Position numbers and translations under genes: made by a program. Of a DNA stretch of 64,000 nt, positions 38,055 to 51,159 are shown piece by piece; the first letter of the stretch is position 1; every line of letters begins with the position of its first letter. Under the pieces are notes generated by a model, which saw only the letters and a program-made list of their open reading frames with translations, was not told the DNA's origin and made no database searches. The stretch lies in contig OX597814.1 in NCBI GenBank assembly GCA_951406725.2, positions 78,740,001 through 78,804,000 on the forward strand, written 5' to 3'. The DNA is from Octopus vulgaris (Eukaryota).

Positions 38055-38509
38055 TTAACTCTTTAGCATTTAAACCAGTTGCATTTGGCCAAAATATTCT
38101 AGCTGTTTTATATCCAAACTGAACAGATCTGGCCTCTCACACCTACCCTATGATGTCATTTTAAATGAATACAAATCACATCATCACAATCTCTCAGAGC
38201 TTTGAGATAATGCATGATTAATTCAAATGAATGTGAATATATGGGGGTTGCTGAAAATTTCCTGTTTTAAAGGGTATTGTAAAAGGCCTTGTTGGAGGCC
38301 CAACCTTCTGAGTTCTTTTACAGGGCTTAGCAAAAAAAAAAACTGAAGAACAAATGCAATAAGTGTATGAATCTGAGATGGAAAAATGTTAAATAAAATC
38401 GTAATTAACCGATCCTCCTGATTTTTTCTTACACCCAAAGCTAGGAACTTTTCAGCACCCACTCCCAAACATTACATTTGATAGAGCAATCCAAATATTA
38501 AAGGGTTAA
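38055..38509 (+). mobile_element. TTAA-flanked piggyBac-like MITE containing a nested mariner MITE
   Basis: TTAACTCTTTAGCATTT...ATTAAAGGGTTAA termini. Confidence 0.75.
38241..38464. mobile_element. Mariner-derived MITE (half copy also at 31396-31485)
   Basis: TIRs GGGGGTTGCTGAAAATTTCCT and AGGAACTTTTCAGCACCC; internal KCNKCMNLR resembles a mariner C-terminus. Confidence 0.7.
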
Positions 38510-38810
38510 AATAAAGCTGTTCTCATTTTTCTCATTTTTGCAATACACTGCAATATAATAACAACAACAGAAACAAAAAAAATGAACCTTAGCAATTACA
38601 AACATCTAGTTGCATTTTAGTAAGTACACTTTCAAGAGTTATCTCTCTGGTAAAAATAAATAAACATGTCAGATTAAAAACACAACCCTAAGATTCTTTG
38701 TTATATGTCTTCCAACTGTTGTACTAATTATGTTAGTAGAGTGCTCCTTGTGAGAAGTGGGGACTGAGAGGATTGAAAGGGATAAAAGGGTGCTATAAAT
38801 ATATATTTCA

Positions 38811-39126
38811 CCTTTTACTTGTTTCAGTCATTAAATTGCAGCCATGCTGGGACACTACCTTGTAGAAATTTTAGTCAAATGAATTGAGCCCCAGTACTTT
38901 TCCAGGCTTAAGCCTGGTACTTATTCTATTGATCTATTTTGCTGAACTGCTCAGTCACAGAGATGTAAACACACCAACACTGGTAGGGGGACAGACACAG
39001 ACACAAAGACACACACACACATTGGGCTTCTTTCAGTTTCCATCTACCAAATCCACTCACAAGGCTTTGGTTGGCCTCAGGCTATAGTAGTAGAGACCTG
39101 CCCAAGGTGCCATGCAATGGGACTGT
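38811..39126 (-). mobile_element. SINE family A, 5'-truncated
   Basis: Consensus motifs. Confidence 0.85.
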
Positions 39127-39640
39127 GTACATTTAACTTTTTAAAAAAAAATTTGACCAGCATCACAGCAAACAAAGAAGGATTATATGGAAGTAATTCT
39201 GCTTTGACTTCTTATTACTAAAAAGTGACGGCAAATAATTTCACAAATATTATTTTCAGAGTAGGGGAAACTGGCATTTGGAAGTTGTGTTAGTGACATG
39301 TCAACCACTGAACTAAAGAGGATTCTTGTGAGATTGTACTTAGTCTTACAAGATCCTTGAAAGAGGGACACAATGGAAAGGGTCTCAATTTTCTTTTCAC
39401 AACCCTTAGAAGTTGACTTGATATCAATAATATTGCTTAATCAAACAATCATTTATATTGATTTCAAATTTTGGCATGATGCCAGCAAATTTTTTTGTGG
39501 GGTGAGGTAAGGGACCTAAAAATACTAGACTATAACTATAGCACAGGCAAGTAAACTCCTGACAAAATGAAGTAGTGGTAAGGGTTCAATACTTACTTGC
39601 AGATAGTTCAGTTTAATTGCAGTGCTATTTTATTTATTGC

Positions 39641-39858
39641 TTAACCCGTTAGCATTCACATTTCTTATTAAAAGTAATGTTTCTTTATCACATTGTTTTG
39701 AAGTAATCATACATTATCTTACAGAGATTTCAATGAGGTTTACAATTAGAATAACAGTGTAGGGTAGGTGGGATCTGGGTAGGTTAGATCTGGCCAGTTT
39801 GAATGTACAATAGATAAAATATTTAAGCCTGATATTGCTGGTTTAAATACTAAAGGAA
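39641..39858 (-). mobile_element. TTAA-type MITE, reverse copy
   Basis: TTAACCCGTTAGCATTC...TTTAAATACTAAAGG. Confidence 0.6.
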
Positions 39859-40885
39859 TTATCAGGAGGGAGGCCCTGAAAAAGGTTACTGGGACTAAGG
39901 AAGGTACCTGGAAACTAGAGACTTAGCCCAGATGAATGTAACAAAGGTATCCAAGGACCACAGCTGGTGGTGCTAAACTAAGTAAGATATTAAGTCCACC
40001 ACTCAATTCCCTCCAAAAACAGAAAATGAAGCATAGCCACAACACAACTTCCTATTTTTATATAAATTATACACCTTAGTCTTGTGCCTACCAATGAAAT
40101 CAATAATGAGTAAAGGTTTACCTTCCCACCTGTCATAATGTGGAAAGGAAATGTATTGGTGATTATAAAGGTGAGAAAAAAAAAATGGTGGTAAAAAGAA
40201 AAAGAGAAAAGCAGAAGATAAAAACGGATAAGTAATGTACAATAACCAATTGTTTTCTCTTTAGCATCGTTTTCTTGTTAGCAATTTTGTGAGTTTTCAG
40301 TGATTTCTTCTCCATTTCCATTCAATTCTAAGCAGGTAATGGATCTCTGATGGAAGTTTGAAAACTGCTACAGACATATTTTAAACAAAACTTGTGTATT
40401 TACAGCCGGAATTCTCTTCCAGCACAGCTTATTGCTTAACAATAAAAATAAAGAAAAAAACAAAAAAACTCCAAAACCAACAAAAAACAAAACTTGGCAA
40501 TGAGTCTGTTTTCTTACTTTTGATTATAGATTTACATTTTTTTTCCTGGAAGGACTTTCTCTAGAATCATTTAAAGAAAAAAAGACTAAAAGAATAAAAT
40601 TTAAAAAAAAATCTGAGGCATCTATACAAAATTTGGAATGGAGAGATTTGAGAGTTAATAAAAGGAAAAGAGTAAAAAGATAAACAAATTTTTGTGTGTA
40701 TGTATAGAGAGTAAACTGGATAACGATGGCATGAGATTCAAGCAATTTGGAAGGAAAAGAGGGACAGTGTGGTTTAGAGATGATGGATCATGAATAGTAG
40801 TTACACTGCTGGAAGGAACAATTTGACAATTATATATATATATATTTTATTGAAGCCAAATATATGTGTATGTATGTATATTCAT

Positions 40886-40926
<41 letters not shown>

Positions 40927-41000
40927 CACTCACACAAATAGATAAATATAAATGTATATTATTTTATTGAAGCTGCATATATATATATATATATATATAC

Positions 41001-41064
<64 letters not shown>

Positions 41065-42003
41065 TCTGTATGTGTAATTCCCTTGAATATAAATATTTAC
41101 ATAAATCTATATGTATGTATAGACTTATTTCTGGGTGTATACACACACACACACATTAGAGGATAACTGAATGCTGACAAATTTTAGAATTTTCAAAGAT
41201 AATAAATATAGTTATTGGAAAGAAAAAAAGTACTTAAAAAATATTACCACCACCACCACCACAAAAACAAACAACAACTACGGAGTTGAAGATGAAGAGG
41301 TAGATATGAAAGGACAAATTCCATTTGGATGGGAGAAGAAACATGGAGGGAGTGTGGGGAAGTATGGCTAGAAAATTGGGAAAGCTCCATATCAAGAAAA
41401 GTGCTACCCACTATATATTTTTACAAACATTTTTAAAATATTGAAAAAGAAGGGAAAGGTGAAGGATAAAGTAGGGAGAGGAGGAGGAGGAGGGGAAGAG
41501 GAAGGGAGGAGGAGTAAAAAGAGGAATGTGTAAAAACCTTGGGAAAGCCAGAAATCTTTATTTTTCAGTTAAATTATTTGTTTTGTTTCCTCTTTTTTTT
41601 TTATTCCACCATCTTTCCTCAAATAATGAACAAAAGTACAGGACAGTAAAAGAAGAAGACATTTTAAAATACTAGAGAGGTGTGAAAAACAACAACAATA
41701 ACAGATGATGATGATGAAACAAGAATGGAGGAAAAGAAATAATTTTTTTTTTTTAAGGAAAAAAACATTGCCTGAGGCAGACAGATAGAGATCTATACAT
41801 ATTTTTCTTTTTTTTCTTCTTTCTTTTTTTCTTCAATAAAATAAGGAGGAAAAAGAAACAGCTTGAAGAAGGAGAAATGTTTGAAGAGTAAAAAGGAGAG
41901 AAAAGCGGTTGGAAGAATGAAGAAATGGAAACTGTTAAGAGAGATATTACATGAGCTTGTTTTCTAAAACAATAGGTAGGTGTAAAAGAGGAGATACACA
42001 GAC

Positions 42004-42036
<33 letters not shown>

Positions 42037-42161
42037 AAGGAGTTAATGAAACAATGTCAGAGTTGGAGGTCATCTTTGCCTTTCATCTCTCAGAGGCTGA
42101 TTGATAAGGTACTAATTAACCTAAAACTGTACAATGCTGAAGTTATTAGTGTTGCGATTGT

Positions 42162-42797
42162 TTAACCCTTTACAATTTAAACAGGCCCAAATATTCAACT
42201 TCTTTTGTGATCACACTTACCAGTTTCAATCTCTTACACCTGCCCTACAATTTATTTTATTCTTTTACTTGTTTCAGTCATTTGACTGTGGCCATGCTGG
42301 AGCACCACCTTTAGTTGAGCAAATCAACCCCAAGACTTATTCTTTGTAAGCCTAGTACTTATTCTCTCGGTCTCTTTTGCCGAACTACTAAGTTATGGGG
42401 ATGTAAACACACCACCATCAGTTGTCAAGTGATGTTGGGGGGACAAACACAGACACATAAACATATACACACACACATATACATATATACGACGGGCTTC
42501 TTTCAGTTTCTGTCTACCAAATCCACTCACAAGGCTTTGGTCGGCCTGAGGCTATAGTAGAAGACACTTGCCCAAGGTGACATGCAGTGGAAATAAGTGG
42601 TTTCCTGGAAACGTGGTTGGTAAGCAAGCTACTTGCCACACAGCCACTCCTGCACCTATCAATGTCAATCTAAAACAAAAAAATTAGTAATTACATCAAA
42701 ATCTTGAGGCCATGAGATAATGAGTGATTAATTCAAAACTATGTGAATAAATAAGCATTACATTTGACACAGTGATGTGAATGCTAAAGAATGTTAA
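42162..42797 (+). mobile_element. TTAA-type MITE split by a family A SINE
   Basis: TTAACCCTTT...CCCTACAAT, then SINE, then CAATGTC...AATGCTAAAGAATGTTAA. Confidence 0.65.
42252..42657 (-). mobile_element. SINE family A, near full length
   Basis: Consensus match including head CACAGCCACTCCTGCACCT. Confidence 0.9.
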
Positions 42798-42908
42798 TGT
42801 TTATTTTTCCATGCTTGCATAGGTTTGACAAAATTTGTTGAGGTGGATATTCTATGGCCAGATGCCTTTCCAGTCACCAACCATCACCTGTTTCTGAGTA
42901 AGGTAATG

Positions 42909-43755
42909 ACCAATTTTCTTGGTTTCATCATGTCCAATGACGCTAAGTTGGATAAAAAAATTGAGTTCAGAATCAGGAAGGCAAGTTCCGCTTTTGGTAA
43001 GCTTTACCATAGGCTGTGGAACAGCCACAACATATTGTTGAAGGTGAAAGTTGATGTATACAAGTTGGTAGTCTTGATATCATTGCTTTATAAGCCTGAA
43101 TCTTGGACTCTGTACCAAAAGCACATGAACCAGCTCGATGCTTGTGCACTTTCTCCAATATCAAACTGAACAAACATATTTGTAACAATGAGGTGCTAAC
43201 AAAATACAACATATCAGGTGTTGAAGTCATCCTCATCAAAATACAGCTTAGATACAGAACATCTCTCACACATGAGTGATATCAAAATTCTGAAGCAGCT
43301 CCTCTTTGGTCAATTACCAACAAGAAGGTCAGTTGGAAGATCACTTTTGTACTTCAAAGACAAACTGAAATGATGCAACATTCCCTTTTCTTCCTAGGAA
43401 AACAAAGCACTGGAATGCAAGGCCTGATGCCAGTCCTGCTTCTCCTCAGTCCAAAGATTTGAGCAAAGTTGACTCCAATATCAGGACCAATTTCGTGCAA
43501 GTATGAAGGCACACTGACAAAATGCCACTCCTCCAAATGAAACACTTAACTGTCATGTAGTTTTGTGGCATGGAGCAAAAGAGGCCTTGCCATCCACTCA
43601 AGAAAACATGTAGCAAATGACCAAATTTGTCCCATTTGTTGAAAGGTTTGCAAAGCACCAGCAGGCCTCAAGAGACATGTGTGTTCATAGAACATAAATA
43701 ATGCTTTTTTTTTACTGAACCCTTATCTGTTGTTCCTGATGAGAGAATCCATTAT
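42909..43755 (+). mobile_element. RTE (BovB-like) LINE 3' fragment: RT C-terminus to zinc-finger-like end
   Basis: NFLGFIMSNDAKLDKKIEFRIRKASSAFGKLYHRLW...LLYKPESWTLY; later CPIC*KVCKAPAGLKRH C2H2-like motif; stops and frameshifts. Confidence 0.85.
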
Positions 43756-44158
43756 ATGTATATATTTCCAAAAATGAGTTTAAAGGGATGTTAATTCGGT
43801 TTCAGATGCTGGATAACCACGATGGTCCTTTTGTGATACCCAAGGCAACAATAAGTTGCAGGCTCTGTCAACTTTTCTCACTAGATAAATCCGATTGTCC
43901 TGTTCAAGACTGCTTATTTCTACACAGTAATTAATAGTATTAACAATGATAAGGAGAACATAAATTTCTATTTTTTCACATCCATAATTTTATTTAATAA
44001 TTCTTTACATCATGGTCCCATAAAGATAATGTAAATAACTGTTAGATAAACTTATGAATGAGAAAATCTCCATTCTCCTTATCATTATTAATACTATATA
44101 TGTATATATATGTGTGTTGTGTGTGTGTGTGTGTGTGTGTTTTTGTGTGTGTGTTTTT

Positions 44159-44201
<43 letters not shown>

Positions 44202-44289
44202 TACCTAGAGATACCCTGAGACATAATAACATGTAACCAAACAAAAGCAAAGGAGCTCTTAAATGTATGTTATGAGGTTTTTTTACCCA

Positions 44290-44471
44290 AAACACACACA
44301 CACACACACACACACGTTATATTGCTTTTTGCCTGCAAAATCTATTCACAAGGCTTTGTTGGTCCAGGGCTTTGGTAGATGACACTTGCTCAAGAGGCCA
44401 TGCAGTGGGATTGAACCCAAAATTATGTAGTTGCTAAATAAACTTCTTACCACACAGCCAAACCTGCACCT
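44290..44471 (-). mobile_element. SINE family A, 5' half
   Basis: TCACAAGGCTTTG...GCAGTGGGATTGAACCC...ACCACACAGCCA. Confidence 0.8.
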
Positions 44472-45019
44472 ATTATATATTACAGTATTTGCTCTAGCTC
44501 TTTCTTCTTTGAGTTCAAAGCCACTATGGTCTACTTGTCCAGTTTAACCAAAAAAGAAAGAAACTGAGGAGATATATGGTGACTGAGTGAGAGAGAGAAA
44601 GATAAAGAGAGAGAGAGAGAAATTGAGAGGGGTGGCTGGAGAAAAAACTGAGAAAGGAAGAATAAATGAAGATGAAGAAGTGTTGAAAAAATAGAGAAGG
44701 AAAGGAAGATAGATAGATAGATAAGGAAAGAGAGAGAGAGAAGGAGAGAAACAAAGAAAGAGAGACAGTGAGATAGGTTTAAATGAGAGGGAAAGTGAGA
44801 TGGCGAAAAATGATCAACTACAAGAAAGAAAATAGAAATGAGAAAAAGAGAGAGGGAGTGCGTGTGTGTGTAGAAAGAAGAAACCAAAGAGAAATAGAAA
44901 AGGTGATAGCCAGGCAAATGTGCAGACAGGCATAATTAAGCGGCAACAGAGACATACTAAAGTTCAAAAAATAGATGTATATAGCAGGCTGCTGGATATA
45001 TATATATATGTATATGATA

Positions 45020-45195
45020 GCACAGTCATAGCTGTGTGGTTAAGAAGCTTCCTTCCCTAGTATGTGATCTTGGGTTCAGTCCACTGGGTAATACCCTGAG
45101 CAAATGTTTTCCACTACAGCCTCAGGCAGATTTTAGTGGACAGAAAGTGAAAGAAACCTGCTGTGTGTATGTGTGTGTGTGTGTGTGTGTGTGCA
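45020..45195 (+). mobile_element. SINE family A, 5' half, degenerate
   Basis: GCTGTGTGGTTAAGAAGC...GGGTTCAGTCC. Confidence 0.7.
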
Positions 45196-45235
45196 TGCAA
45201 CTACATATACATATCATTATTCTTTAATATCTGCT

Positions 45236-45274
<39 letters not shown>

Positions 45275-45332
45275 GATTGATTGCTAGCCACCAAACCTTT
45301 TTTATTTTCTCTCTCTGTTTATTTCCGTGTTC

Positions 45333-45368
45333 CTTTCTGTTGAAGAGCATAGGCTCGAAACGTAAAAG
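45333..45368 (+). ncRNA. Minimal Penelope-type hammerhead ribozyme variant within a pLTR-like fragment (45275-45460) in (TA)n
   Basis: CTTT-CTGTTGA-A-GAGC(ATAG)GCTC-GAAA-CG-TA-AAAG: stems I and II intact, palindromic ACGT stem III, core A6 to U. Confidence 0.7.
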
Positions 45369-45539
45369 ACTTTTTCACTTCCCGAGTGTTAAACTAATAC
45401 ATCTGTTTGTTGTTTACACACCCATCTTCATCTTTTGTTTTGTTTTTTGTAAATTCCAACTATATATATATATTGTAGCTTCTGTCTGTCTTTAATGACC
45501 ATGGACAAAGATTCCAGTTGTCTACCCATTTGAACAGCA

Positions 45540-46010
45540 CTATCTGTGGCTGAACAGTCTATCTCTCCAGTGTAGAATGCCTGAAAAGATGCAAGCAGGT
45601 CTCAGGTGTTGTTACAACAAGGTTGTTGACAACATCAAACTGCGACCAGGGACTCTGACACCCAATTTTCCCCTCACTCCTGAAGCCATTCTCAGGGCTG
45701 AGCATGGCTGCAAAGCAAACAGAGGTTTAGCATCAGAGCTTTTCCTTCTTCTAGATAGTTTGCTCCCATCAACGTAATTGAGCTCCATCACCCCAAATGA
45801 CTTATTGATTAATTCATAGGTGAGACCCTGACAGGTGCTACTACTCCAGCTCTGAGTAGACAAGGAAACAATAGTATCTAAGAAGTGATTCCACACTCCT
45901 CAAAACCCTAGAACTCCCAAAACAGGGCTCCACTATGGGAGGAAGTTTGAAGTCATACCAAGGATGAATATATTATTAGTGCTATGCAATGCATGAAGTT
46001 CTGGGCCCTT
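45540..46010 (-). mobile_element. RTE-type LINE 5' region, degenerate
   Basis: Minus strand GCAAACTATCTAGAAGAAGGAAAAGCTCTGATGCTAAACC resembles the GGCAACCAGTCTAGGAGAAGGAAAACTCTGA...AAACC motif of RTE 5' ends. Confidence 0.55.
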
Positions 46011-46036
46011 GAGTCATGTTTGTAAGTTTTCAGTCA

Positions 46037-46420
46037 AGGTGCAGGCATGGCAGTGTGGTAAGAAGTTTGCTTCCCAACCACATGGTTCTGGGATCAGTCC
46101 TATTGTGTTACACCTTGAGCAAGCATCCTCTACTAAAGCCTTGAGAGTGGATTTTGTAGATGGAAACTGAAAGAAGCCTGTCGTGTATGTGTATATGTGC
46201 ACATGTGTGTCTTTGTGTGTATAGCTGTATCTGTGTTTTCCCCTCCCCCTGCTTGACAACCAGAGTTGGTGTGCTCATGTCCCCATAACTTAGCAGTTCA
46301 GCAAAAGAGAGATTGACAGAATAAGTAGCAGGCTTAACAAAAATTAGGTAGAGGTCAATTCATTCAACTAAAAATTCTTCAAGAAAGAACCCCAGCAGGC
46401 CGCAGTCTAATGACAGAAGC
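46037..46420 (+). mobile_element. SINE family A
   Basis: Consensus motifs. Confidence 0.85.
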
Positions 46421-46658
46421 AAACACCATTTGGATGTGGCTATTGCCAGTACTGCCTGACTGGCCCTTGTGCTGGTGGCACGTAAAAGCACCCACTATAC
46501 TCTCGGAGTGGTTGACATTAGGAAGGGCATCCAGCTGTAGAAACTCTGCCAGATCAAGATTAGAGCCTGATACAGCCATCTGGTTCGCCAGTCCTCAGTC
46601 AAATTGTCCAACCCATGCTAGCATGGAAAGTGGATGTTAAACGATGATGATGATGATG
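46421..46658 (+). mobile_element. RTE-X-type 3'UTR (family C)
   Basis: GTGCTGGTGGCACGTAAAAGCACCC...AGGAAGGGCATCCAGCTG...GTTAAACGATGATGATG. Confidence 0.85.
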
Positions 46659-47149
46659 AAGTAAAAGAAAGATATATATCTATTAATAAACGGATATTTA
46701 TCTAAGCTAGGAGGTTGTTAGGATAACAGACAGATAGAAGGATAAATAGAAGATTGGGGATATTAGAAGAAGAGATTGATGGGTAGATGGATGGACTGGA
46801 AGATGGATAGATAGGGAATCGAGAGATAAATTAATAGATAATTAATGTATTATATATAATTACTACATACAATTGATGTTTATTGTATTAATGATACGAA
46901 TGTGTGTGTGCTTGTGTGTGCATATGGAGAGAGAGAGGGGGAAAGAGAGAGCAAGTGGATTTGAGAAAGAAAGACTAAAAAGACCAGAAATGAGTTATAA
47001 GTGAAAGAATGAAGAAATTGAAATGTGTAAAAAACATTGAGAAGCAAATATTTACTTGTCTTTTAAAAACATTTTTGTTAACTTTTTTAATGTTCTTTTC
47101 TGTCTCTTACTCTGTTTTTTTAAAATATAAACAGAAAGGAGTTATATAG

Positions 47150-47189
<40 letters not shown>

Positions 47190-47224
47190 CAATAATAATT
47201 CTCTAAATATATATATATACACAG

Positions 47225-47266
<42 letters not shown>

Positions 47267-47399
47267 TACATTTATATATATATATATACATACATACATA
47301 CATATATATACATACATACATATATATACATATATATACATACATACATATATATACATATATATATATACATACATACATATATATACATATATATAT

Positions 47400-47432
<33 letters not shown>

Positions 47433-47451
47433 CATACATACATATATATAC

Positions 47452-47482
<31 letters not shown>

Positions 47483-47493
47483 CATATATATAC

Positions 47494-48533
47494 ATATAGG
47501 TAAACAGTAAAAATAATTATAGACATGGACAAGAACATGAAACGCCACAGAGACGACACAAGAACCACAGGACGGGACATTCGAAGCCCTCAGTCATCAG
47601 TCAAGAACCAGATCATCTTAGCAATTTCGGCTGATTAATCTTGAGATTGCTCCGATATGGGCAGCCCGCCACGGGAAATCTAAGCCAAGTGCATTAGATC
47701 CCCTGGAAGAAAGCTTCGAATGTATACAACACGAGGACGGAAAACGAACGAAGTACACGAACAAAAATACAGAATACGTGACAACAATAAGAATACAAAA
47801 ACGTAAAAACAATAACGGTAAAAATAAAGTATAAAAAATAAACAACAAAACAAAACCAGGACGTAGGACAAGGGTCTTTCGACAGGACGAATTGAGCATG
47901 GGGCTGGCTTATGAAGTTGTGCCTAATGGCCACAGGGAGACGAACAAGTACGTGTTGCTTCAACGGCTGCTGGAACGAAAAGAGCGCTCAACAGCGGTCA
48001 GCGGTCACGTGAGAACAAAAGACAAGAGAAAGGGACAGATGAAAAGAGAGAGAAGGTGGACGAGGGAGGAGAAGAAAGAGACAGATCGAGGGGGCTGGAG
48101 GTGAGAGAGATAGAGAAACGTAGAAGGGGGGGGAAACGGATGGAGAGGGAAAGAAAGGAGGGGGAATAAGGGAGGAGAGAGAGAGAGAAAGAAAGATTAA
48201 GAGTCGTATCAATGCTTGAGAAAAAAATATATACTTATCGTATAAGGACAATTGTGGATACGTAGCCGCCGATTATATAGGTAAACAGTAAAAATAATTA
48301 CAGACATGGACAAGAACATGAAACGCCACAGAGACGACACAAGAACCACAGGACGGGACATTCGAAGCCCTCAGTCATCAGTCAAGAACCAGATCATCTT
48401 AGCAATTTCGGCTGATTAATCTTGAGATTGCTCCGATATGGGCAGCCCGCCACGGGAAATCTAAGCCAAGTGCATTAGATCCCCTGGAAGAAAGCTTCGA
48501 ATGTATACAACACGAGGACGGAAAACGAACGAA
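47494..48533 (-). mobile_element. Young non-autonomous partial-tandem element (781-bp unit, 259-bp direct terminal repeats; PLE pseudo-LTR-like) inserted in a (TA)/(CATA) microsatellite
   Basis: 47494-47752 and 48275-48533 are identical except 47520 T versus 48301 C; CpG-rich; no TG..CA ends, TSD or coding homology seen. Confidence 0.8.
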
Positions 48534-49484
48534 ATACATACATACATACATACATATATACATACATATATATATATACATATATATATATATAGATACA
48601 TATATATATATATATATACACATACATATAGATATATATATATACATACATATATATATACACACACACACACATATGTATATATATAAATGTGTATATG
48701 TATACATACACATAAAGACATATTTTCCCTATATGCGCACACACACACACACACAAATTTATTGCCTATATACGCAAACATATATACATGTTTGTGTGTG
48801 TGTCAATAGACAAATCAAAACACATAACTCAGACATATATATATTCCTAGTTATACACACAAATACACACTATACTTCAGAGAATGGTAGCATGGCTGTC
48901 TTTCTTCGTGAAGAATTAAATCAGGGAGGAGACTGTTTTGCTTTTGACAGAATTGAACTGAAAACAGGAGTCAGAGTAGCTGAGTTGAAATGATTGAAGT
49001 AATCTTAAACATCTGGTGAAGTTTGGAGGCAAAAATGAAGCCAAAAAAAAAAAGAACAAAAAAGAAAAAATCTACCCTAAACATAAAGAAAAAAAAAAGA
49101 AAATGACAACTCACAGGAAAAAATATATAAAAAAACCTAAGAACAACAAAAAACTCTAACCCCTCCCCCTCCAACCTCATAAATACTCTTGCAACAACTG
49201 AAGAAGGAAAAAAAAAAAAAGGTCCCTAGCAGACCCGGCAGCCTTATTAAAGGGTAATCAACTGTCACAAAGTTTCACAGTCACCCCAGCATCATACACA
49301 GGAGAGGCGATATAGATGTGAAATGTGCACATAAATGAGCAGCTGTATGTGTGAAGTAGTTTAAAATCGTTGGAACTAGTTATTGGCACTCACGTACACA
49401 ACACACACCTCACACATATACACAGGGAAGAAAAAAGAAATTGTATAATGATATATAAATAACGATGGCATTCTGAAAGTAGAA

Positions 49485-49485
49485 C

Positions 49486-49523
<38 letters not shown>

Positions 49524-49920
49524 CTGTTTTTATATATATGTAGGTATGTATGTATGTTTGTGTCTGTTTGTCTATACATCTATCTATATAACTATCTATG
49601 CATCAATCTGTCTGTCTGTCTATGTATGTATGTATGTATGTATGCATGTGTCTGTCTATGTATCTATCTGTCTATGCGTGTATGTATGTATCTATCTATA
49701 TCTCTGCAGCTATCTGTCTATGCATGCATGTATCTATCTATCTATCTATCTATCTATCTACCTACCTACCTACCTGCCTGCCTGCCTACCTACATACCTA
49801 CCTTCCTACCTAAGCATTGATTTATATTTCTAGCTATCCACCAACATATCCATCCCTCCCTCACTCTTTCTATATCTATCAAACTATCTGTATCTGTCTG
49901 TCTGTCTATCTATCTAGACA
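49485..49920. repeat. Compound tetranucleotide tract (TCTG/TCTA/TATG/CCTA)
   Basis: Seen directly. Confidence 0.9.
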
Positions 49921-51159
49921 TGCACATACACAATTTGGTGTACTTACAGGGGGGGAAAAAAGCTCTCAATACATACAGTATAATTTTTCTGAATGAACAG
50001 ACACACCATCATCATCCAAATTGCTCTAACTCATTCTCTCCAGTCTGTTTGGTCTACCATTGCACATGGTAAGTCTTCTGCTATTAGAAGATCTACCAAC
50101 AGACACATGTGACTGCATGAAATGTCAGCTCTAAAGAAACACTCACACAGAGTAGTATCAGTGCTAAGCAATGATGATAAATAAGCAATGATGATAAATA
50201 AACAAACTTCAGGTCAGTTAAAATATATTTGTGACATATCTTAACTGGTACTACTGTATTTATTGTTACTAGGTGGTCTGCAAGCACAATCAGTCATTGA
50301 TATTGACTGTTCTAAGATACAGTCATGACATTAGAATATGCCCATGTCTGTCTCTCTTTGGTATCACCTACTAAGGAAGGTTAAGGAGCCAAACATGTGT
50401 CTGGGAGTCCAATAGAAGTCACTGAGCAGATAAGTGAGCAGATATATGAGCAGATAAGTGAGAATTTTTTCCCTGCACTAACTGTAGCAATTTTGTCTTT
50501 AGAAGTTAAAATGTTATAATTATACACACACACACACACACACGCACACACACACACACATATATATAAAACACAAATAGGCTGAGGTTCTTTACAGCTG
50601 TTTCAGATACATTTTTTTTATTGATGAACAAATCAATTACATCATGAAAAAAGACAGTTTTCTTCAGGTAACTTGAAATTAAAATCTAAAATTTAACATT
50701 TAAGATTTTGCATATAAAGAATGTATCTTGACTTTTCATCACCATGGCAATCAAGATACATATATATACTATAAAAAATAAAGTAAATCTTGAATGCAGT
50801 ATAACAGAGAAAACATGTGTGCATGCTTTGCATTAAAAGAAGGAATAAAAACCAAAGTTTCTAACACTATCCAATCCATAATGTATACCACTTTTATATA
50901 TTTGTGTGGACTAGTGTCCTTATCTAAATTTTTATGAAAATTACATAAGAAGACAAGATGTGACATAAGATTGTATTGGACCCTGACACATCATCTTCTC
51001 ACTATCTGACTCAAATCCTAAACCCAAGAAAGATTGCTTTTGAAAATGTGTTTAAAATATAAGTATTTGTGTTTAGTTTAAATATTTTATTTCTAAATCA
51101 TGACATCTCTAAACACCCAGAAACTCATTTACTACCCTCTTGAGAGTTCACAATATCCA

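Noticed and set aside
47577-47723. Canonical hammerhead, HDV-like ribozyme, SECIS or C/D snoRNA in the terminal repeat
   Set aside because: CUGAUGA, GAAA, GCUAA and CUGA motifs are present, but I could not place them in the required registers on either strand. Kept only as an unclassified fold.
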